From Octopus vulgaris (Eukaryota), in contig OX597822.1 in NCBI GenBank assembly GCA_951406725.2, positions 78,988,001-79,052,000 on the forward strand: a stretch of 64,000 nt of DNA, read 5' to 3'. This document shows positions 55,998-64,000 of this stretch, piece after piece. The position numbers were made by a program, and so were the translations under genes. The notes under the pieces were generated by a model. It saw only the letters and a program-made list of their open reading frames with translations, made no database searches and was not told the origin of the DNA. Each line of letters begins with the position of its first letter. Position 1 is the first letter of the stretch.

Positions 55998-56914
55998 CAC
56001 ACATACACATATATAGGTAAAAAAACACAAACAGAATAAGGGGAATAAGAGACAGATATTTGGACAACATGAGGGGGTACAATAGATAGATAAAATGTAA
56101 ACATACACACACAAAAATTAGCATTAAAAAACTGTGCACCATGAATTGTACACCAAAATAAGGAATAGAAAAAGAAATAGATTGCCATTTCAGGTGAACC
56201 CTTTATTAAAGTGGAGTAAGAAAGAAATAAGTAAGAAAAAAGAAACAAGCAGAGAAACAATAGCTGCATTAGGGACAGTTTGTGTGTGAGTGTGTATGTG
56301 TATACACACATAAACTAACCCTAATACATACTACAATATAAATATGGAAGCAAAATAATAATCAATTAGTAAAATAGAATCGAATGTTTAGCTCCTTGGT
56401 TCCCAGATCACTTTAAAAGGCCACAAACTTAGCTGACCCTAAATGTAGACTTATTAACCCAAATAAAGTGAGTTAAGTAGCAATGTGGGCTAGCAAGATT
56501 ATCCTTGACACAGCATCAAAATTATACAACCCACTAACCGCTTCTGGAAGAGTAATTCCTCAGTGTTAGATTGGTTTGATATTTTACACAACAAATTTTA
56601 GGGGAGGGAGCAAATCAATTAGATCAACCCCAAAGGATGAAAGGCAAAGTCAACCTTGGTGGAATTTGAACTCAGAACGTAAAGACAGATGAAATACTGC
56701 TAAGCATTTCAACTGGCGTGCTAACATTTCTGCCAGCTCACCACCTTAAATATATCATCATCATCATCATTTTACGTCTATTTCCCATGCTGGCATGAAC
56801 TGGATGATTTGACAAGCCAAAGAACTGTACCAAGCTCCAATGTGCACAAGGCCCTAAAATTTCGGTCCTCGTGCCTAGAGTAGAAAAGGATGACGATGAT
56901 ATATTCTTTTATTC

Positions 56915-57292
56915 TTTTACTTGTTTCAGTCAGTTAACTGTGGCCATGCTGGAGCACTGCCTTTAGTCGAGCAAATTGACACCAGGACTTATTCTTTGTA
57001 AGCCTAATACTAATTCTATCGGTCTCTTGCTGAAATGCTAAGTTACAGGGATGTAAACACACCAGGATCAATTGTCAATTGTGTCTGTGTTGGAGGGACA
57101 AGCACAGACACACAAACATACACACACATATATACACGATGGGCTTGTTTTAGTTTCCGTCTACCAAATCCACTGACAAGGCTTTGGTCGTCCCGAGGCT
57201 ATAGTAGAAGACACTTGCCCAAGGTGCTATGCAGTGGGACTGATCCAGAACCATGTGGTTGGTGAGCAAACTACTTAACATATAGCCACTCC
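56915..57292 (-). mobile_element. SINE family A copy (full length)
   Basis: Reverse complement of the family A consensus. Confidence 0.8.
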
Positions 57293-59304
57293 TATGTTTA
57301 GAAATGTTAACTGAAGAGTATATATTTTCCAATAACAAAAAAAAAAAAAAAATTAATCAGTGTACACACTATTTCAATAATGCCTTGAAAAAAGTAAGTT
57401 TAAACAGAAATTAGAATATATTACCAGTGATGAAAATAAGACGAGTACAAAAGAAATCAAGCTAGTACAGCCTATATTTTATGTAAGAAAGTAATGTCTC
57501 ATGTATCCAAAATTTATTTAGGCTGATAAGGAAAATTTTCTCCACCAACCATATATTCCACAAATACCACTAACTTTTGGGCAAAAATATGTAAAAATCA
57601 GTAAGATATCTATCGAAAATCCCATGTGTCTTCCAAGACAAAAGTGATGGCTTAATGTAAAACCTTATCTTACAATCTACTCGAAACAGCCTTCCCTTCA
57701 GATTGCAATCACATTACTTACCAATTACAAGTATTTCGATAGTATGAAAGTTCTAATTTAACCATTATTGTCAATACACAATGAAAGATATACATGTAAG
57801 CCAACTACCTGTTTCCTTATCATGTGACAACCAACCAGCCAGCCAGCCAGCATGCCTGCCAGCCCACCCGATGATAATTCCTTTGATACCAACATATTAA
57901 CACAACAGAACTAAGAATGAATGCAAGAAATTTAACATGGTAGTAGAATACATGTTTTCATGTCAAAAATTGCAAAGATGTAATACATATTTTCATTTTC
58001 ATTCAAATCTTTGCTGAAAACTTACCAAATGGGATCAGTAATGATTGATGGAGATTTGTTGTTGATTATCAGCTGCACACACTGATATACTGATATGCAT
58101 ACATTGATATTCACTCAAACACATGCATATATATTGTTATACATTGGCATATGTATATATATATTTTTTGATGCACAGAACAGCACATCTACACACACAG
58201 AGAATAATTGACAAAGAAAAAGCCACAACACATATATTGTTATAAGCACAGAAACAAATATAGTGATATGCATACATGCATTAATACACACACACAAACA
58301 TGGTTACACATATATTAATATACATGTATGTAGATACACAGCTATACTACCATGAATAAGTTTAAAGACAAATTTCTGAGATTGAGCAGACCTATTAAGC
58401 CTTGACCACCCTTTCTTTTACTTGAGGTATGAGTGGATAGACAGACAGATAGATGGACAGAGATACACACATGCTAATTTAAGTGCACAGTATTATATAT
58501 CCATTGCAGTTAGTTTTGCACTAGGTGTTCAACAGAGTTTTATGTAACAGTCAGATTATGTAACCCTGCACTATATTTCATTCCATAACTGTCATCTCTG
58601 AAGAGTGCAAGGTTACATAATTGAACTGTTACCTAACACTCCATTGAACCCTTAGCATGGAACCAATTGGTAAGATTGGCCATAACGGATATATAATACC
58701 GTACACTTTGATTAACACACCCACTTTACTGTCATATACACAAGGGCATTTTTTCTGATTAATGGATACTTAGATGGTTCTCTCTCTCTCTCTCCATCCA
58801 TCCATACATATATAGAAGAAGTAATTAAGATTCAGTTGAATTAGGTACTTAAGTTGAAGCACGAAGTCAGTCCGGTATCATCCGCACAGCTCGAAGTAAG
58901 ATGAATAAAATCAAAATGAGTAACAGGATTTCAAGTAGTGTTGCAGTATAACCCCCACTGTGTTCAATGCTAGTCTAAAAATTGTAGTCTTATTCCCTTA
59001 GCTATTCTTGCTAATAGTGACAACATGAATTTCTTCCATTTTCTTACTCTGTTAAAATATTTAAGAAAAATTAATATATCTGGTCTGTTGAAAATCCATA
59101 TTTGTGCAGCTGAAGATAGCGTTGTATTTAAATTGATGTAATGATTGCATTGTTCAGTTAAATGGAGCCACTTGAAACGGTTGTACTGCATTACTATTTG
59201 AAATCATGTTACTTATTTTGATAAATATACATGTGTGTGCATGTGTGTGTGTGTGTGTGTGTGTATTATAATGGAATAATTACTATGAAACATTGTGTAG
59301 AATA

Positions 59305-59499
59305 TATTGTATAAAGGATCGTGGGTAAGGCCGGAACAATGTGAATTAAATGCGAGGCAAATCCCAAATTTCTCGAAAATGGGGTTATAAATATTGAATA
59401 CAAGGTAAGTCTACATTAATTTATATATTTGTTTTCTTGGGATTTGCCTTGCATTTACTTCGCATTGTTCTGGCCTTACCCACAATCCTTTATACAATA
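59305..59499. repeat. Inverted repeat, ~63-bp arms, ~69-bp spacer (MITE-like)
   Basis: tattgtataaaggatcgtgggtaaggccggaacaatgtgaattaaatgcgaggcaaatcccaa versus ttgggatttgccttgcatttacttcgcattgttctggccttacccacaatcctttatacaata. Confidence 0.9.
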
Positions 59500-61819
59500 A
59501 ATAAATAAATATATATATATAAATGAGTGAATTTACAGTAGTTAGAAAAATACAATAAATAAAATAGTATTTGATACAAGACACAGGGTGAAACTGGGTT
59601 GTCATAAGCAAGGTTCAAGGCTGCATCTTTCATCATCTCTTGAAAACATTCATAAAAGTAGTGGTAAAGGCAAAATATTTATCACTTGACAGTGAGATGA
59701 AAAGCAGAAACAATAAAGTATCAATGCCTTATAGTATTACCAAGTGCAAATCCTGCTACAACTGGCTTATTTTCCACCTTTCCAGGGATGATAAAATAAG
59801 CAGTAGGTATGCACTAGGAGGGTCAACTCAGTTGACTAACAAACACTCCACCACTACCACAAAAACACATGCCAACAAATGGGCAGATTCGTGTTGACGC
59901 ACAAGAAATTTGGGAAGAATGTGAAGAAGGCAGAAGAAAGAAAATGAAGATGAAAAAATCAAGAAGACAGAACAGGGAAAAAGAATAGAGAAAAAGGAAA
60001 AAGAAATCAAATAAGAAGTCAAAAAGAGGGAAACCTTGGCTAACTCCATCATTATGTCTTCTATGATTGCATAGAAGTTTTTCACAGTAACACCAAGAAA
60101 TGCCTTTTGTGCTTTTATTGTATGGCATATGTGTTTATCTGTATGAGTGAGATTGTGTGCATGCACACCTGAGAGTGTAATTGTACATGTGCATTTGCGA
60201 GTGTGTTCTCTAGGTACATACAATTTTCTTTTGGTTTCAACCAATGTCTTCATAATAATCTATGTAATACGAGTGCACTACCTGTTTAGTGTTAGTTGCT
60301 TCTTATACTGGTTTTAGTTTTGTTTCTTTTCTTCTGTATTTAATGTACATTTGTAAATCTTGAGATCTTGGGTTATATAATTGTTCATGTTCTCCTTTTG
60401 TCATTCCTAATGCACCCATTATTATGAAGGCAGGAAAGAGAAAAGGGACTTTTGTTTTTATCATTTTTTTCCTATCACTACATTCTGGGTATCTGTTTGC
60501 TTTTCTTCTCTTTAATTCATTATATATATATATATATGAGAGAGAGAGTACTTTATACTTATAGTTGTTTTTAACTGCAGTGGAATATGTGTATGCGTGC
60601 GCACATGTATGTATATACATACATACATACATAAACACACACACACACACACATACACATAAATTACATTAGGATATTTTATCCTGATTCTCCTCAATAC
60701 CATAAGGATGACGACAACAAAAGTAGCAGTGGCAATGATAGTAATCTGCATCACTGCACAAAATATTTCACAACATTTAGTTTCATTTTTTTCAACATTC
60801 CGACCACAGATCTTGCCAGAGTGAAACTCACCACTCATGCATTTCTCGTGGAGGTTTGATTTGATCAATTAGAACCTTCACCTAAATATCTGTAGCCTAG
60901 TACCTATGTAAGAAATCCATTAGTTTAATTACTGAAAGAAAAAGAGTTAAGTTTATAGAGATCTATTTGTTTGCTGACAAATCATTCATATTTTAGCCCA
61001 ATTACATAATATGGAAGTAGATCCCTAAACCATCTGAGTTGTTGTTTGAATAACATTTGTACAGAAGTGATAGAATCACACTAATTGAGGATGTGATTTG
61101 AAAGAATTGGGTTAAGCGAGCCATGTATAAGCTCTTTCAATAACTTGCTGAAGATGATGATGATGAAGGTGGGGGGGATGCTGATAATGATAAAAATGAC
61201 ATTAGCATCAGTAATAATAACAATGATGAGAATATACTGGTGGTTATAAAACAATAGCAGTAGATGTGGTATCAGATCAGTGCTGCTTAGCTGCCCACCT
61301 CCTGCAAAAGGTGTTTAACATCATGACAGGTGGACATTGTATCATTACAAACTAGTGGACAACTGATAACCAGTTAAAACACTCAGGAGGTGACTTAACA
61401 TTTCATGAAAGTATCCCACATCCTACATCACAAACACATCATTTAATCTTACAACAGCTTAAACACATACCCACACACATTCTGGCTTATTGTATGCAGA
61501 TGGTATATTGTTTTTATGTATCAAGGTTTCATTGCTTTTGCAAGAGAAAATAAGATGACACTAATTCTGCCAAGAAATACAAATAAGATTATCTCACACA
61601 ATCATTCATTCTGTCCCCCAACTCACTCACCCACTCACATGGAAATTTCATAAAATAAAATAAAAGATAAACTGCTGTTAAACAGAGCCTTCAAATAGGT
61701 TTCTCATTCTATGGATGCAGTTCTTTTATTTCATTTCATGCAACTTACACCATTAATACTGTTAGGAAAGGCATTAATGTCACAAATTCCAAAACTAATT
61801 ATTATTGGAAGAAAAGACA

Positions 61820-61889
61820 GAATACTAAACAAAAACACATTATTTACAGTATTATAATACTGTAAATAATGTGTTTTTGTTTAGTATTC
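61820..61889. repeat. Perfect 70-bp spacerless palindrome
   Basis: gaatactaaacaaaaacacattatttacagtatta followed directly by its exact reverse complement. Confidence 0.97.
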
Positions 61890-63557
61890 AATTCTTTTTC
61901 CTCCACCACCTTAAAAGGCCACTAAGTACTAAGCAAAAAAGTCTGACCATACAAAAGCTCTTTACCTCCCCCTTCTTCTCAAAAAATTGTTTTCTTCTTT
62001 CTTCTCCCTTGCTTGGCAAAGCCTAGGAAATTCTTTATGAAAAGGCCAAGAAATCAAAATTTGAACCATTTTTTAACAATTCCAATAATGGAAGAAAGCA
62101 CTAAAAATGTAAATAAGATGTAAATAAAAAAAAATATATATATATTATCATCCAACATTCTGACTACCTTATTATTCTAACTACACAATATCTGTACATC
62201 ACTTCAAAAACTCTCTCTCTCTCTCTCTCATATATCTCCCTATTTATTTCTCTCTTCCTTTCTGTTGAAGAGCATAGGCTCGAAATGTAAAAGACTTTCT
62301 CACTTCCCGACCGTTAAACTAATACATCTGTTTGTTGTTTACACACCTGTCTTCATCCTTTTTGTAAATTCTCACTATATATATACACACACACACATAT
62401 ATATATACTGTATGTATATATATATATATGTGTATATATGTATATATATGTGTGTGTGTGTATATATATATACATATATATATATGGATCAAAACAGTTT
62501 GATTCAAATCCATATATGTAACTCTCAATAAATGTGTTGAGTGCCCTTCTTTTGTTTGTCCACTCACTCGTGTTCATATAATGCGCATAGGTATGTGTGT
62601 GTGTGTATTAATGAAGAGTTATATATAAAAACAGTCACGCATTAATTGAAAGATCAATTAAAGACTCAAGTAGAGTATCATATTATTTTATTTTAACAAG
62701 GAAAATGTTGACAACAGCTTCAAAGTTTCATCTGATGAAGGCAACTGCACCAAAACTTCAACTGTCAACCTTTTCCTTGCAAACATGTCACCCCCCCCCC
62801 CCCCTTGGGAGGGTCGTTATGCCAATAACAAACACACTCATTTACTCTTTTTCACTTCTTTAATATATTACTTGCTGATTGGCAATTAACCATTTAATTA
62901 ATCAATTGATTAGTCATTCTGACAATCACTCATTCAGCTAGGTTTCCTGAAATTCTTTTGTTGCCATTCACAACCTCATCAATGACATGTCCCTCTACTC
63001 CATACACTTATTATATTGCCATCCATGAATACCTGCCTACCTTCTTATATTTTCTCTTCTGACCACTTCAACACTTACTCTTTTTACATACCTAGCAACA
63101 GCATTAACCCCTCACCTATCTCCTTTCCTACCATCCCTTTTTCTCCTACTACTCTACCCCATTCCACCACTACTCCCTCTCTCAACATTTACCCAATTAA
63201 GTATTCAACCAACAATACAAATGTTCATATACACCTCCTCTATCTAACCAGTTTTGTTTCTGCTGTTACTTTGTCAATGTAGTATTGCTGGTGATGATGG
63301 TTGCGATGATAATACTGATGATGATTTGTGGTGGTGGTGGTGATAGTAGTAGTAGTAGTAATAGCAGTAATGACTGAAGTAATGTTTCTAGCAGAAGGTA
63401 GGAGTGATAGCAAAAGTTATAGTGATGGCTAGTAGTGGTGGTGTTGGTTAAGGTAGAAATATTTGGAGGTAAATATACCTCAAAAAGATAGGTGGTGGTG
63501 GCAGTGGTGGTGGTGGTAGTAGTAGTAGTAGTGGTGGTGGTGGTGGTGGTGGTGGTG

Positions 63558-63592
<35 letters not shown>

Positions 63593-63860
63593 TATTGTTT
63601 CTGCAGTGATTGCAGTTATTGTTTCTGCAGTGTTTCTGGTGTGATAGTAATTTTCCAGCTGGAAAACTAGACTAGTTGGCTGTGTCAGAGCAAGATGACG
63701 GAACCCTGACTTATTATGATGCATTGGTATAGTTTTTTTTACACATCTGGAAATGTAGATGTGCAGTTATTTTATGAGTGTGTTCACATGAAGACGATTT
63801 ATGAGTTAGACAATATGTGTGTTTACACAGCTATAGAAACCAATTTGTGCATGTGTATAT

Positions 63861-63863
<3 letters not shown>

Positions 63864-63917
<54 letters not shown>
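63864..63917. repeat. (GT)n microsatellite
   Basis: Directly visible. Confidence 0.95.
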
Positions 63918-63922
<5 letters not shown>

Positions 63923-64000
63923 TTACACAGCTTTAGAGAATGTGTTCAACACTTGTGAACATGTCATATGTGTGTATATTTATTTGTATTTTAGTATGTT

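Larger units (their letters stand above)
19878..64000 (-). other. Probable very large intron (>=44 kb) of the ADAM gene
   Basis: Exon 19811-19877 starts in phase 2 and lacks the signal peptide and N-terminal prodomain; I found no phase-compatible exon by eye in this interval, but small exons could have been missed. Confidence 0.55.

Noticed and set aside
60282-60310. QLTLNR peptide that would fit before ELLSKD
   Set aside because: In-frame stop just upstream, purine-rich acceptor and weak GTAGTG donor
60832-60881. Candidate minus-strand exon VKVLIDQIKPPREMHE with GTGAGT donor
   Set aside because: Weak pyrimidine tract and no resemblance to the expected L-x-L-x-L-N prodomain segment; cannot be supported without RNA data

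Overview
AT-rich eukaryotic genomic DNA, dense in microsatellites and SINEs. The repeat landscape looks like an octopod cephalopod (inference from remembered repeat families, not from a search). The only protein-coding gene I can support is on the minus strand: six short GT-AG exons (19877-19811, 17532-17450, 15638-15575, 11253-11199, 3919-3834, 3161-3102) that join in phase with no stop codon. They give ELLSKDIVVKQYMNKNQQIILR-NVEHCYYHGKVKRDEWSSVAVSTCNGIR-GVIQLRNETYVIHPLQGGDEE-LNHPHVVFQATHSEEERCG-NTRSHWLPYNELHRGEFARRLKNLRTQQ-NSRGDINVEVKLALIFDSSV. This is the prodomain and first strand of the reprolysin domain of an ADAM-family protein, most reminiscent of mind-meld/UNC-71/ADAM11-22-23. I found no further upstream exon in 19878-64000, so that stretch is probably one intron of at least 44 kb. 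The rest is decayed LINEs (RTE, R4/Dong, Tx1), a DD37D maT transposase relic, mariner/hAT/piggyBac/Tc2-like MITEs, several SINE families and several palindromes, some carrying hammerhead-ribozyme-like cores. Almost all ORFs in the supplied track are microsatellite or repeat artefacts. I see no clear novel multi-gene system. The best leads are a furin site one A-to-I edit away in the ADAM, ribozyme-like palindromes, and a Dong element sitting in (TAA)n.
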